Source of the DNA: Camelus ferus
Taxonomy: Eukaryota
Reading direction: 5' to 3'
DNA length: 64,000 nucleotides
NCBI RefSeq assembly: GCF_009834535.1
Contig: NC_045697.1
Span: 112,780,001 to 112,844,000 of the forward strand
Notes under the pieces: generated by a model
What the model was told of the DNA's origin: nothing
What the model saw: only the letters and a program-made list of their open reading frames with translations
The model's database searches: none
Made by a program: the position numbers and the translations under genes
Part shown: positions 1 through 12,520 of the stretch, piece by piece
Layout of the letters: each line of letters starts with the position of its first letter
How positions within the stretch are numbered: position 1 is the stretch's first letter

Positions 1-149
1 TGATGTTAAATGTCTTAACCCTTTTAAAAGTATTTTGGGAGAAGTTTGAACACAGAGGAAAAGGAGATTATTATGTATAAAATCATAATAAATTTGAATT
101 CTTTAATTCCACCTAATTTTTTGTCCCTGAAACTCAAAGATAGTTGTTT

Positions 150-158
150 TATTATTAT

Positions 159-191
<33 letters not shown>
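150..191. repeat. Compound microsatellite (TAT)3(TAC)11
   Basis: Read directly; it produces the poly-V/poly-T tracts in the first two ORFs. Confidence 0.95.
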
Positions 192-1234
192 AAGACTACA
201 GTTATATAATGGGAACCTGTTTAACATTGTCTTAGATTATTATTCAGTAAATAAAAGCAGAACATCAACCTAAACCCCAGGTGAGGCAGCGCCCTGTTCA
301 CGGAGAGGCCTGATGGTAAGGACCTCACCCTCCCGCGCGGCGGTGAAGCCGCGGCTCCAGGGAGGAAGGTGTGAGGACCAGAGCAGCCCCAAGGTCGTGA
401 GCCGTGCGAGACAGACGACAAATCAGGGGTCTCCCATTGCCTATGTTAGCTTCAGACCTCACAGCCTCTCACCTATAATGAAGTGGGAGAGAAGATAAAA
501 GCATTTCCCCTGTTCTGTGTTGTTTGAACATCATTAGAACCTTCATCATAGCCGGGCAGACCCAGCATTGGCCCCAGAGCTCCAGGGAGCAGGATGAAGC
601 CCTGTCATTCCGTGGCTTATCAAAGTCTGAAAAAAATTAATTCAGGGTTGTCATCACCCTACTTAAAATCCTGAGGCTCACGGGATGTAAGATCCTCTTT
701 ACTTCACATTCATTTTACAATAAAGAGGAAACAAGAAGTTAGCAGATTTCTCCTCCAGGTATCCTGGCTTGGCAGTGCCCTGGCCCCCTTTGAGAAGGCT
801 CATTTCTCAGCGGTCCTGTGAAAGGAAGGCTGCTCCTTCCTCCTCTCCCAGTTACCTGGGGACAGGTCAGGTCCACAACCACCCCTCCCCCGCAGCACAT
901 CTCTGCTCCCCTAAGGCTCTGAGGCACATCTGCCTCCTGCTGGCATCTCTGCACCGTCCAGCAACATTTCTTTGTTTTTTTCTGTTAGACTTCTCCTCCA
1001 ATGTCTATAGCAGCTGCCTTAAAATTTACAGTCCCCTTAAAGCTGTGAAACGGAAACCTTCCGTTCACCTTTAGCAAATTAAATACTTACTTGACAAATA
1101 GAATAGAGGTCTGCAGGCATCCTCCAAGGCACGGCCAGATTTCTGAGCTTCCCTGCACACCTTCTGCCTCCTTCCCTTTTCTGATGCCACAGAGGTTGCC
1201 CTCCCATGTGGGGCTCGTCACTGCAGGGACTCTG

Positions 1235-1775
1235 TGTGACAGGCAGAATTCTCTCACATGTCCTCCAAGATTCCCTACCCCCTGCATAATCCCCAGGGAT
1301 GTGAATACATGGATTTTACTTGCATGATAATTGTTATTGTATGGGATGGTTGACTAGGAAAAGGAGGTGATCTGGGTGCCTAACCTAATCGCATGCAAAA
1401 AGCAGAGACTTTTCTCTGGTTTCTGGAGAAGGGAAGGTCAAAGATTCAAAGCATGAGAAGGGTTCAGTGGGCTATTGCTGACTGGAAGATGGAGGGGCCC
1501 ATTGGCAAGGAATGTGAGTGGTCTCTGGTAGCTGAGAGCAGCCCTCAGCTGACAGCCTTCAAGGAACACAACCGCAAGGAACTGAACTTTGCCCACAAGA
1601 AACAGGAACCCAGGAGTGGACTTTTCTCTGGAGCCTCCAGACAAACCAGGCTGGCTCCTGGTTTCAGGCTTGTGGTACCCTCAGCAGAAAACCCAGTCAC
1701 CTCAGCAGAACCGTGAGATAATAATGGATATTTTCATCTACTTAGTTTGTAGCAACGTGTTACACAGAAATAGAA
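1235..1775 (+). mobile_element. MaLR solo LTR (MLT1-type)
   Basis: Starts tgtgacaggcagaattct and contains MLT1-like blocks (gctgagagcagccctcagctgacagc, aaggaactgaac, ttagtttgtagcaacgtgttacacag). Confidence 0.75.
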
Positions 1776-1994
1776 GACCGATGACTTTAAATCTGTGCTT
1801 ATCTCTTTTTAGGACTCTTTTTGTTAAGATGTTTCCAGTCTTCATCCTCTTCTTGGTGTCCCATTTGTACTGTCATCATGACCACCAGCACCATCACCCC
1901 AACAGTGAATGAGTATGCTAGACACTATATTTAAATGCTTCAGATGGATTATTTCATTTAAATTTTTATAAAAGCCAGAGATCAGATACATTTT

Positions 1995-2145
1995 AGAGTT
2001 TGAGATATGCAGATGTTAGCTACTATATATATAAATAGATTTTTTAAAAAACCCAAGTTTCTTCTATATAGCACAAGGAACCAAATTCAATATCTTGTGA
2101 TAAGCTTTCATGAAAAAGACATGAAAATGGAAAAAGAAAAACAGA
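1995..2145 (+). mobile_element. L1 3'UTR fragment (cetartiodactyl type)
   Basis: gagtttgagat...ctactatatatataaatagat...tatagcacaaggaac...caatatcttgtgataa matches the other L1 3' ends in the window. Confidence 0.8.
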
Positions 2146-2562
2146 TCTTATGAAAACGCAGACGGTTGGTCTGTAGGTCTGGGTTGGGGCTTGAGAGTCT
2201 AACCAATCCCCAAGAAATGCCTCAAAGCTGTTTGTGGATATAATTGAAGAAATTCAACTAGAAGTTGTAGTTGCATGACTAGCCCTATTGAAATGGGTAA
2301 TTCCTCTCAGGCACAATTCTTGTAAATTAGATTATGGTCACCTTGTGGCATTGGCTTGACCTTGATTGAAGTAACTACAGACCCAGGTCTGATGTTTGTC
2401 AAAATATAACCTGAGGGAGGGAAATGCAATGGAACCTGAGGAAAATAACCTGGTACCAATTCCTGAATTCCATCTCTACCATCGAGATCAGACCAGCTGG
2501 AAGCAGCCCCAAGATCTTGTATTTTTAACAGGCTCCTCAACTGAATCCTGTGTTATTCAAAA

Positions 2563-2780
2563 GGCAGGGTTTCTCAGCCTCAGCACGGTTGATGTTTTGG
2601 ATAGGCTAATTCTTTCTTTGTGAAACGCTGTGCTGTGCACTGCAGAATGGCTAATAACATTTCTGGTCTCTACTCAGCAGATGCCAATAGCCCCCCCCCC
2701 CCCCGCCGCTTCCCCAGTCATAACAACAAAAAGTGTCCCCAGACATGCTAAATGCACGAAATCTCCCCTGGATCTGAAGC
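2563..2780. mobile_element. MER20-like hAT-Charlie DNA transposon fossil
   Basis: cagggtttctcagcctcagcac...cagatgccaatagcccc...acaacaaaaagtgtccccagacat; similar to the copy at 25744-25955. Confidence 0.8.
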
Positions 2781-3654
2781 TTGGAGATTGGTGGTTGGGT
2801 CTTTGTCTAGAAAAGAAATAACTGAAAGTGTGTTTAGCATAGGACTCAGTCACTTTTTTCTTATAAAAATAGAATAAATGTATATCCATAAAAATATGTT
2901 ATGAAAGTTAGAGCATGATTTATGTTTTGTTAAAATTATCTAAACATTAATTATTCTGTAAGTGCAACTTTTTTCAATCACTGCTTAATTCAGTTTTAAC
3001 TTTGCAATAATTGACTCTTTAATTTGTGAGGTCTTGGTTAATACTCATCTCTTTATAAGCCTGAACAATGCTTCTACTTTTTAAATGACTGTAACTGTCT
3101 GATAAAAACTGTAAAAAAGAATGTTCTTTAAAAAATTTCATCCTCTGCATTTCTCATGAACAATGACATACTCTCTCCAACCCCACTCCATTTTTTTCCA
3201 GCCAGTTTAGTGGGTCTTTGCTTCTGGCAAGTATCTCTGCTAAATAGCGTGTCATCCCTTTCTCTGAACAAATGAGACAGATCAATAAAAATCTGATTCG
3301 GAAACTTTCTCAGGGCCTGTGTAAATCTCCATCACTGTATTGTGACTATGTGTGTGTTTTCAGTGAGGAAAAATTTATTCTGACAACCATGCCTCTGTAT
3401 CACCAATAATAATGCCTCCTTTGAATTTACGTTTTATTTTGAAGTTATTTTTAAGGTAATCTAGCAACTAAACTAAGTGTGCATCTGAGTAACTTCAACT
3501 AGGCATTTTGCCATCCTTATAAGACACAATTCTTTCTTTTCCATGTGAGCATTTTGAAGACAATTTTAAGTCTTAAATCATTTACAGTGTGATTTTAAAT
3601 ATGTACACAATGATTCCCTGACCACTGATCTCTAGTAGCTGGTGATCTAGTCTC

Positions 3655-3697
3655 TGTGGTACTATAGTCAATATCTTGTCATAGCCTATAATGAAAG

Positions 3698-3743
<46 letters not shown>

Positions 3744-3811
3744 GAGTCACTATACTGTACACCAGAAATTAACACAACATTGTAAACTGACTATATGCCA
3801 ATTTAAAAAAA
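3655..3811 (+). mobile_element. Short young L1 3' end containing (TA)20
   Basis: caatatcttgtcatagcctataatgaaag...(TA)20 at 3701-3740...tgtacaccagaaattaacacaacattgtaaactgactata, then an A tail. Confidence 0.85.
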
Positions 3812-3822
3812 ATTATCTATCC

Positions 3823-3985
3823 CTTTGATTGAAGCATTCAGTCTATTTGCATTTACAGTAATTATCGATATATACATTCTCATTGTCATTTTTTTCATTG
3901 TTTTGGAATTGTTTTTGTAGGTTTTTTGTGTTATGTTTGGATTCCTTTTTCTTTTTGTGGGTGTATCCATTATAGATTTGTGATA
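3823..3985 (-). mobile_element. L1 inter-ORF/ORF2 N-terminal fragment, inverted
   Basis: Minus strand translates to ISIITVNANRLNASIKG, resembling the L1 endonuclease start motif (SIITLNVNGLN.PIKR). Confidence 0.7.
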
Positions 3986-4029
3986 AAAAATAGATATTTT
4001 GTATATCTATATATAAATACACATACACA

Positions 4030-4475
4030 CACAACGGAATACTACTCAGCCGTAAAAAATGAAAATTTGCCATTTGCAACAACATGGATGGACTTGGAGG
4101 GTATCTTGCTAAGTGAAATAAGTCAGACAGAGGAAGACAAATACTGTATGATGTCACTTATATGTAGAGTATAAAAAATAAAACAAGTTAATGAATATAA
4201 TAACAACAAAGAAAACCTCACAGATGCAGAGAACAAACTAGTGGTGACCAGTGGGGAAAAGGATGGGGGGAGGGGCAAGATAGGGGTAGAGAATTATGAG
4301 GTACAAACTATTACATATAAAATAAATAACCTACAAGTATATAGTGTACAACACAGGGAGTATAGCCAATTTTTTATAATAACTGTCAGTGGAATATAAC
4401 CTTTAAAAATTGTAAATCACTGTATTGTACACCTGAAACGTATAATATTGAACAACTATATCTCAATAACATAAA
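4030..4475 (+). mobile_element. L1 3' end (end of ORF2 plus 3'UTR)
   Basis: ORF 3926-4174 contains EYYSAVKNENLPFATTWMDLEGILLSEISQTEEDKYCMMSLI, the L1 ORF2 C-terminus, followed by typical 3'UTR. Confidence 0.9.
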
Positions 4476-4639
4476 GTGTGAAAATAAGCTATCCCAGCGA
4501 CTGCTAATTTCTCACATCCAGAGGCCATTCCAGAAGAAATGGTTTACTGAGCAGGGTTTTAGTCACTCTATTAAAGTTGGCCTGAACACTTGATTTATTC
4601 TCACATCTGTCACAGGGTTTATTTGGAAAAACAGTGCCC

Positions 4640-4840
4640 CTGAGCAGAATTAGACATGGTCATCAGAGTGGACAGACATGGGTTTGACTCTAGCGGTGTG
4701 GCACCATTTTGACAACTTAAATCCTCTAAATCTTAGTTTCCTCCTTTGAAAAAGGGGATGAAGCAACCTCATAGATTTTTCTTTGTGAAGATAAAATGCA
4801 ATAAAATATGTTAAATGATTGGCACATGACTGGGACCATG
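4640..4840 (+). mobile_element. MIR SINE
   Basis: gggtttgactctagc...cttaaatcctctaaatcttagtttcctcctttgaaaaagggga...gtgaagataaaatg, the MIR core. Confidence 0.7.
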
Positions 4841-5849
4841 GAAAGTACACAATTTATATTATTTCTTATATTATTTTACTCCTGCTCTATTGCTTGTCTA
4901 GCTATTTGTTTTCCTTAATTTGGGGGGATAGACACATAGACATGGCTAGATCAGAAGTTTGTTTGTTCATGTTAATTATTAAATATTTAACGTATAAATT
5001 TATATAAAGCTATAAGGCACTTGTTAAAATATGCTGGTCTGCTTTTTAAAAAGCACAATAGAACAGCTTTCTCTACAGTTGCCTTTTGCTGCCTGAGGGA
5101 AAACAGGCCTTATGATTCGCCTGACTTTCCACAGAGTGTGCGGCTTAAGATATACATTCACACTAACTGTCTTCAGCATTATTGTAGACACTAAGATGTC
5201 CAGACATTTAAGATACAGGGATTTAATGTCAACTGAAGAGTTAATGGCTTAAAGAAAAAGTATTGGAAGTTTCATCCTATTGTACAGGCAGAAAAATTGT
5301 TGACTTTTAAATTCTTACTTTGCTGCCTGTCAAGATGCAAATCAAAGCGATGAGGCTCGATTTGGTTTTGTAGAATTTTCAGAAATTTACTTCAGAGTGC
5401 AAAAGGTTATGCTGAATAGAGTTTCATAACAAGCCTTGTACTGCAGATGACTCACTCCATCTTTGACATTTATTCAGGCTCTTGCAAAACAAAAATTACC
5501 CACGTGTTACTGGAGAAAAAGGTGGAAATTACTGCAGCACTGTACTGACAAAACACTTCAAACTTTTTTCCTGACTTTATTGATTTAGGGCAACTGAATG
5601 GCCTTCCCTGTTGGAAAGCACTTTTCCTGTTCTGTTTTCCCCTCAAAATTGGAGTAGAACTACCCACACTTCTCCCTAGCGTGAATCAAATTTGAATGTT
5701 CACAATTTTGTGATACAGCCAGGGGAAGGTGTCCCTGTGAGTAACCTCCACTGAAGTTTGGTTCAAAGTGTTCTTTTCAAGAAGAGGAGTGTAACACTTT
5801 CCAGTGATAATTATAACTTTTCTAGTTCTTCCCCTACCTTTTTAAAATT

Positions 5850-6020
5850 TCAGATTGTGGCATAAATGTCACTGCGTTGTAAGATCAGTAAGTGTACACC
5901 GTAGTGATTTGATATACATTGTGAAGGGTTCCCCCATTGGGTTAATTAACACATCCATCACCTCACATCCTTCATTCATTTATTTTTTTGGGTGAGAACA
6001 CTTACATCCTACTCCGTGAA
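5850..6020 (-). mobile_element. L1 3' end fragment (L1MA-type)
   Basis: gatatacattgtgaagggttccccc...gttaattaacacatccatcacctcacat...ggtgagaacactta. Confidence 0.65.
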
Positions 6021-6223
6021 TTGTGATTCTTCTAGACAGTGTTAAGCCAAATGGGTAGACACCCAAATTTCCTACTTGGTAAAAGGAGTTGATGGCAATG
6101 TACAGCTACAGACATTGGTAGTGACATTTATAAATTACATAAAATTGGGTTCTTTTATTTTTAGTTTTTTGTTTTTGTTTTTGTTTGTTTGTTTGTTTTT
6201 CTTCTAAGAAAAGACTGTTTTAA

Positions 6224-6503
6224 ACTCACAGACATAGAAGACAAACTCATCGTTACCAGGGGGAGGGGGTGGGAAGGGATAAATTGGGAGTTTGAGATTT
6301 GCAGATACCAACTAGTCTCTATAAAATAGATAAACAGTAAGTTTTTACTGTATAGCACAGAGAACTATATTCAATATCTTGTAGTAACTTATAATGAAAA
6401 AGAATATGAAAACAAATATATGTATGTATATGTGTGACTGAAACATGATGCTGTACACCAGAAATTGACACATTGTAACTGACTGTACTTCAACTAAAAA
6501 AAA
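6224..6503 (+). mobile_element. 5'-truncated L1 3'UTR with TSD
   Basis: Typical 3'UTR and A tail; degenerate TSD aagaaaagactgttttaa (6206-6223) / aagaaaagatcattttaa (6504-6521). Confidence 0.88.
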
Positions 6504-6913
6504 AAGAAAAGATCATTTTAAGGTCTAGTTATACTAAATGATACAGAAGAAGTAAAAGCAAATTTTGTAATGTTAACCTGAGGGAGCAGATAAAAATCAC
6601 TCAATCTGTAGATGAGGATAGATCAGAATACTGGGGCAGGAAAAAAGTCTAGCATAACATTGATGTCACTGCTGGGTCAGAAACGGCAATACTGGGGCTG
6701 AAGACAAGGCATTATGTGTTTTCTGCTGATAACTAAGCGAAACCAAAATTAACCAGATTTTCATTGGTTCATCTGTCCAGATTGCCTTTCATTCCCAATG
6801 AGAATGAGTGGAATGCCTAAGGAAACTTAGCATCAGGCAGATCTCCAACAATGACAGGCTTTATCTCTTTGAGTGAGACGTTTAACTTTTCCACCTGTCA
6901 GCCTCCCCATCCA

Positions 6914-6914
<1 letters not shown>

Positions 6915-6950
<36 letters not shown>
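6915..6950. repeat. (AAC)12 microsatellite inside a MIR fragment (~6870-7030)
   Basis: Direct read; flanks show MIR core (gaggattaaatgagataa). Confidence 0.9.
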
Positions 6951-6951
<1 letters not shown>

Positions 6952-8839
6952 CAGATCCTGAAGATGTTTCATGAGGATTAAATGAGATAATTAAAAATCG
7001 TATGTCAAAATGCTTGGTATAGGGTAATTATTACTTTTACCACCAATAACAACAGTCTACCTATTCACTGGAATTACAGGTTAGAAAAATCCCTGAGGAA
7101 AGCTTTTTTCACATATACATAAAAGTCGCAACGTGTTTATAGTAGATGCAAGAAGATAGAGAAAACTCTGACATTTCATAAAACTATGGCTTGGAGACAG
7201 ACTGCGTAATTCCAAACGATTTCTTTTTGTTATCAAAAGATAAATAATCCATCTAGCTCGAAAAATGAAGAAAATGCTTCGTCATCTCTCTGAGGGCACT
7301 TCCTGTGATTAGGTACGTGATCTGTAGGGTTCAGTGTTTCTGTAACTGAGCGAAGGATTGTAGTGCATTAACTTGCAGGGAGACAGGTTTCTCCCTTATT
7401 TGGGGGAAAGGCGTTTCCATCCACAGCCGGGCGCCCCAGCATGTGGTGGGTGGTGGACCAGTGGGAAATGGTGGACAGTGAGAGTGGAACAGGGCTGACA
7501 GTCCAGGCAGGCGGCATCTTTAAGGACCTGTGATGTGGTCACAGATAAACTAGCGCCTTTGGAAAGCTGACACACAGGGTAGTGCAGGAAAGTCAGAAAG
7601 AACTTGAGTCTGGTGAATTTGATCCTGCCTCTTAGAGTTAGTTATTGAAAGTCAAAAATGTGTGCTTGGAAATCAATACGGTTGTGGTTGGTTTTATTTA
7701 AAAGTGGTTTTGAAAATCTTCTTTGTCTCATCTCTGCTAAGAAGAACCAGGCCAAAGATCTTGGGGCACTGTTTTGTTTGTTTTGCTCTTCTAGTCTCAT
7801 CTGTTTGGGTTTTGTTGTTGTTTTTAGCAAAAGGGAGCATTCCCTGTGGGAGCATTCCCCATCAAGTTGAGGTTCTTGGTGGGAAAATACCCACCGTGAG
7901 CCTATTCTGACAGCTAGCCATATCTCATACCGCTATATAGAACATAGAATAAGCCAGGTGTACTGATAACCCACCTGCAAGTGATGCTCAGCTGCTCAGA
8001 AGCAGAGCGAAGTTGCCATGTGTCAGTTTATTAAAAGGTACAGGGTTCCATCCTACCTGTTTTTTCCTCTTTAAGTCTGACCTGATGAGATTGAGCTTCT
8101 AAACTTCAGATCCTGTCTTCTTCCCCAGTGGTTCATTTTAGGACATGACATAGACCTGCATTAGATCGTCCATTTGAATATTTGAATATTTCTTGAGAAG
8201 CTGTGATCAGCCACTTATATTTTATTGTTCATACCATTCTCAAACCTTTAGAACTGTGGGTAAAGCACAAATATGGGATGTGAAGCACTGAGACAGATGA
8301 GCGTCCTCTTCTCTAATTTACATAAGCATTATAAGACTTCTTCTTATTTTCTCCAAGGTTACATTTGTTTTCTCTGGATGACGTTTTCTTGATGCATTTT
8401 TCCTTCCGTTTCTCCAGGTGAGACTAGAAATCTCAAGAGGAATGCTTAGATGATTTATAGGTGTTACCACACCTCTGGGTTTAAAAATCTCATCTTCAGT
8501 GATACACCATTTAGGAGTATTTTTATTGTTTTATAACTTGTCAGGAAATTGCTGGAGTTTGACTCTTATTGTGATTGCATACTCGTGTGAGAACTATTGA
8601 TAATCATTAAAAGGAACTCACAACATAAATTAAGGCAAAAAGCAATCTTAAATGTGTCGCTCAGGATTCAGAACACAGGGAGAAAAAATTCCTTCTCTGA
8701 AATCCATTGCAGACCTCCCTTCTCCAGCGTCATTGTTCTTACCACTTCTGTCCATTGTATTCCTCTTACCTGGCACACAGTTAGCAGTTATGTAGAAGAA
8801 GAGAATCTGTGTGGAGAGGCAGTGGCTATTTTTAATAGC

Positions 8840-9030
8840 AGATTCAACTGACAGTCCTAAGTTCTGTTCTCAGCTCTGGCAAGGAATAGCTGTGCATTGA
8901 ACAAAAGTTCAGCATCCCCAGCTGTGTCTCTTAAGGTAATAATACTTTCCTATCTATTCACCAGTTTTATGAAGGTCAATGAGATGATATGTAAAAATGT
9001 ACAAAAGCTGAAAATTCCGCATAAATATAA
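8840..9030 (+). mobile_element. MIR SINE
   Basis: cagctctggc...agctgtgcattgaacaaa...ataatactttcctat...tgaaggtcaatgagatgatatgtaaa. Confidence 0.6.
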
Positions 9031-9319
9031 GGTATCTCCTGTAGCCCCGAATCTGAGAAGCAACTCAGACTTGAGAAAACTTTATCTAACACAAGAGAGC
9101 AAACAGATTCAATAAAGTGTCATATGAATAATATAATTTTATTGGTTTTAATTACCCATCTCATTTGCTTTTAATATGTCAGTTTAAAATGATGACTGCA
9201 GAGCTAGGGAATATTCCATGAATATTTATGGAGTTATTTCAGAATACAGTCAGCTAGCTCCAAGTTTTGCTATTTGTACACCATGAAAATGGTCAAGCCG
9301 TTGGTTCTACGTCTGAGAT

Positions 9320-10340
9320 AGTGGTGTTTAGCAGGTACTCACCGAAAAAAAAAATCTACATACGTGCTCACATATACACTTAATACAAACGTTCCTGCTG
9401 TCAGTGATCAGTGGCACACAATTTACAAGTAGTAATAAAATAGGCAATACTTTCATTGTGAATTCCATATGGTCAATTGATTATCATAGAATGCTTTAAT
9501 TGATTTTCGTGATATGATACCCATAGCCAACCTATGGCTGCCGTTGCCAGATGAGTGTTGTTCTGACAGAAGTGCTGGTCGGTGCTCTTGTTTCGTTTGA
9601 CCGTCGGATGGAAGTGAAACATAAAAACTTGTAGCCTGGAATGTCGTGCCTTCATCAGTGGTCAGGGATGCATGTTTTCTTTGGTAAATTGGCTAATAGT
9701 CGTCAAATACTGGAAGAACATCGCCTCACTGTTTATGTTACTCAAACTGTGGTGGCTACAGACAAAACAATCTCCATTTTCTCTGTGATCTTAAATCTAA
9801 CAATCAAAGAAACAATGCAGCTTGATTTGTGGCATTTGCTAATTTCAGTGGTATACTCTCGCCACGACTGATGTCAAGCTACCAGTGTTAAATGTTGTTA
9901 AATGCAGAGCTGGGGAACGGGGAAGGGTAAAAGCTCAAGTGATAGAGCACATGCTCAGCATGCATGAGGTCCTGGGTTCAATCCCCAGTACCTCCTCTAA
10001 GAATAAATAAATACTAAATAAACCAATTACCTCCCTACTGAAAAAATGCAGAGCTGGGAAAAGAGGCACAGTAGTAAACATCATTATAGACTATTTCCAC
10101 CATACAGTTATAAACAGACATAAATAACCTCAAGAGCTTAAGTAACAGTAAAATGTAGTAAAAAATTAAGAAATTATGAGGGTGAGTGTTTATTATTTTT
10201 GGTTTAATGTAACTTATTTAACTGCGACTTTATATAATTTAACTTCCTAATAATGTCCATGATTAACAAGTGGTCATAATATTCCTGAAGCTTTAACAGT
10301 AGGCTCTCATGAGCCAGTACAAGCCAGCTGCATCGTACTG
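9320..10340 (-). mobile_element. MER63-like hAT-Blackjack DNA transposon, interrupted by a SINE
   Basis: Terminus ggctctcatgagccagtacaagccagctgcatcgtactg and internal blocks (aataacctcaagagc, gtaaaatgtagtaaaaaattaagaa, tagccaacctatgg) match the recalled MER63 consensus. Confidence 0.75.
9918..10043 (+). mobile_element. tRNA-Ala-derived SINE (camelid Vic-1-like)
   Basis: Box A/B head (agctcaagtgatagagc...gggttcaatcccc), A-rich tail with aaccaattacctccc, and a perfect 15-bp TSD aaatgcagagctggg at 9900-9914 / 10044-10058. Confidence 0.92.
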
Positions 10341-10636
10341 TTGGTCCCAGTTATGGTGTCATAATAACAGCCTGCAACAAACAAAGTGGGAAGCGGTTGA
10401 AACTAGTAATACTCACTCCCTGACTCACCTCTGTGGCTACTTTCCATTGGAGACTATAACCTTATAACCCCTCGTGGGGTTTCTATTGACACGTTTACAC
10501 GTAGCTGTCACAGAGAACTTGAGACCTTGCCACCACATAATATTCAGAGACAGGTAGATCTTAGGAATATTTCTAATCCCAGTGGGTGAATAATTTTCAC
10601 TTCAAAGATGAGTTTTCTCAGAGTGAAAAAGAAATG

Positions 10637-11048
10637 TGTTGGAGAGGAACAATTTTCCCCTACCCTTCTAGGTTCTTTTGGCTGGTCTGTTAATTAGGTT
10701 GATACATAACAGATTAACAGGAGGAAACCAAATTTAAATACATAATACGGGCAAGCTGAGCAGTAGAGGCTACCTGCGTCCTGAGCTTAGGAATGGGGTG
10801 GGAGCCTGGGGACCTCAAAGGCAGATAGGTGTTAGATGTTTGCCCTGCCATGCCCATAGATCACGCAGATAAAAGTTACCACTGATCATGGTTCTTTCTC
10901 CAAGCCAGGTCCTTATCTAAATTCTTTTAGGTAGTTAAGAGGCAGATAAAAAGCTCTTCCAGAGTCTTTGGGCCTTGCTGGTCTTCAGCTCAAATTAATC
11001 CACTTGCTGAAGTGCACAGCCTGGGGAGGCTCATTCTGAACCCCTTCA
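10637..11048 (-). mobile_element. ERV1 solo LTR (MER34/MER39-like)
   Basis: TG...CA termini; clear similarity to 26312-26880 (ctacccttctaggttcttttggctggtct, gagtctttgggccttg, tcagctcaaa). Confidence 0.75.
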
Positions 11049-11638
11049 ATGGCTAGTTCTATACCCTCTTCCATACACGTGCATGCCACGCTTTCTCTAA
11101 AGAATTAGCAAATGTGGAAACCTTACAGATCTTTCCTCCGTGGTCTCACGTCAACTCTTAGTTCGATAAAGTAAGCATGGCAGCCCTTGAAAATATTGTA
11201 AAGAGTTTCTGCCTGTTCTTTCTACCTGTTAACATATTCTTCTTCCTATATTACTTATCCTGGTAGATTTCACTTCCGTCCACCAGCTGTCTAAGCAAGA
11301 AACCTGCTAATAGTAGGTTCTTCTTTTCCCCTCATTTTCACAACTTATAAATTGCCACTTCCTGGTAGTTCTTCTTCCTAAATAGCATTGCCATCTATTA
11401 CAACCCAAAGTGCTGGAATAATTCCTAGACCTAGGAAGCCCCCAGTAACTCTTTTAATGAACATATGATTCAGGGGGTGAGTCAGTCACAGGCCGAAAAT
11501 AGGGAAATGAATGGGTCTAGTTCTTGTGGTGAAGTAAGGTATATATTTTTAGCCTTAATTACCTGCACTGAAGTAGACTTGGCATGGTGTTATTTCTTCC
11601 TAAAAAATTTAAAATGACAGGTTTCAAAAAAGATGGGG

Positions 11639-12055
11639 GCAACCTGGATGAACCTAGAGATAAAATCATACTAAGTGAAGTCAGTCAGACAGAGAAAGAA
11701 AAATCTCATATGATATCACTTACATGTGGATTCTAAAAAATGGTACAAATGAACTTATTTGCCAAACAGAAACAGACTCACAGACATAGAAAACAAACTT
11801 GTGGTTACCAAAGGGGAAAGGAGGAGGAGGGATAAATTAGGAGTCTGGGATTAACAGATACACACTACTCTATGTAAAACAGATAAACAACAAGGTCCTG
11901 CTGTAGAGCACAGGGAACTATATTCAGTATCTTGTAATAACCTATAATGAAAAAGAATCTGAAAAAGAATATATGTACACATATATATGTATAACTGAAT
12001 CACTTCTGCACCAGAAACTAACACAACATTGTAAATCAACAATACTTTAGTTAAA
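11639..12055 (+). mobile_element. 5'-truncated L1 (ORF2 end plus 3'UTR) with TSD
   Basis: Typical cetartiodactyl L1 3'UTR; 13-bp TSD aaaaaagatgggg at 11626-11638 / 12056-12068. Confidence 0.92.
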
Positions 12056-12364
12056 AAAAAAGATGGGGTAATGGGTATCGTATGACTCTAGATTTTTAAT
12101 GTTTTTTTTTTCCTTTAATTTACTTGCACACTTAATACGTACTTAGAACAGAATGTGTGATATCTGGGACTAAATTTTCTGCCAGTAGAACAGTGTGACT
12201 CATGAGTTATAGAGTTATCAGAGTCCTTAATAACAACTGACTTCATTGTTATCCGGTATGAAATGTCCCCAAACAAGGTCCAACGGTCAAGTGACATGCA
12301 GTGTGTGAAGTTTTTTAGCAGGCAGGAGAATGCTAACGAGGAGGTCATTCAAAAATTGTCTAAA

Positions 12365-12520
12365 GAGGTGATTCTTAAACTTCTGTTGCCCTAGTCCTCC
12401 GTGGGAATCTTACAAAGACCTGGATTCCTCTTCCCAGAAAAATAAGTATCTACGTGTAACAGACAATTTTGCATGGATTACAGGAAGGTTTGCAGCCTAC
12501 AGATTAAAAATCAGTGCCCC
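12365..12520. mobile_element. Ancient hAT-Charlie MITE fragment
   Basis: gtgattcttaaactt...gggaatct...cctcttcccagaaaaa...aattttgcat...gattaaaaatcagtg resembles short Charlie MITEs. Confidence 0.45.
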
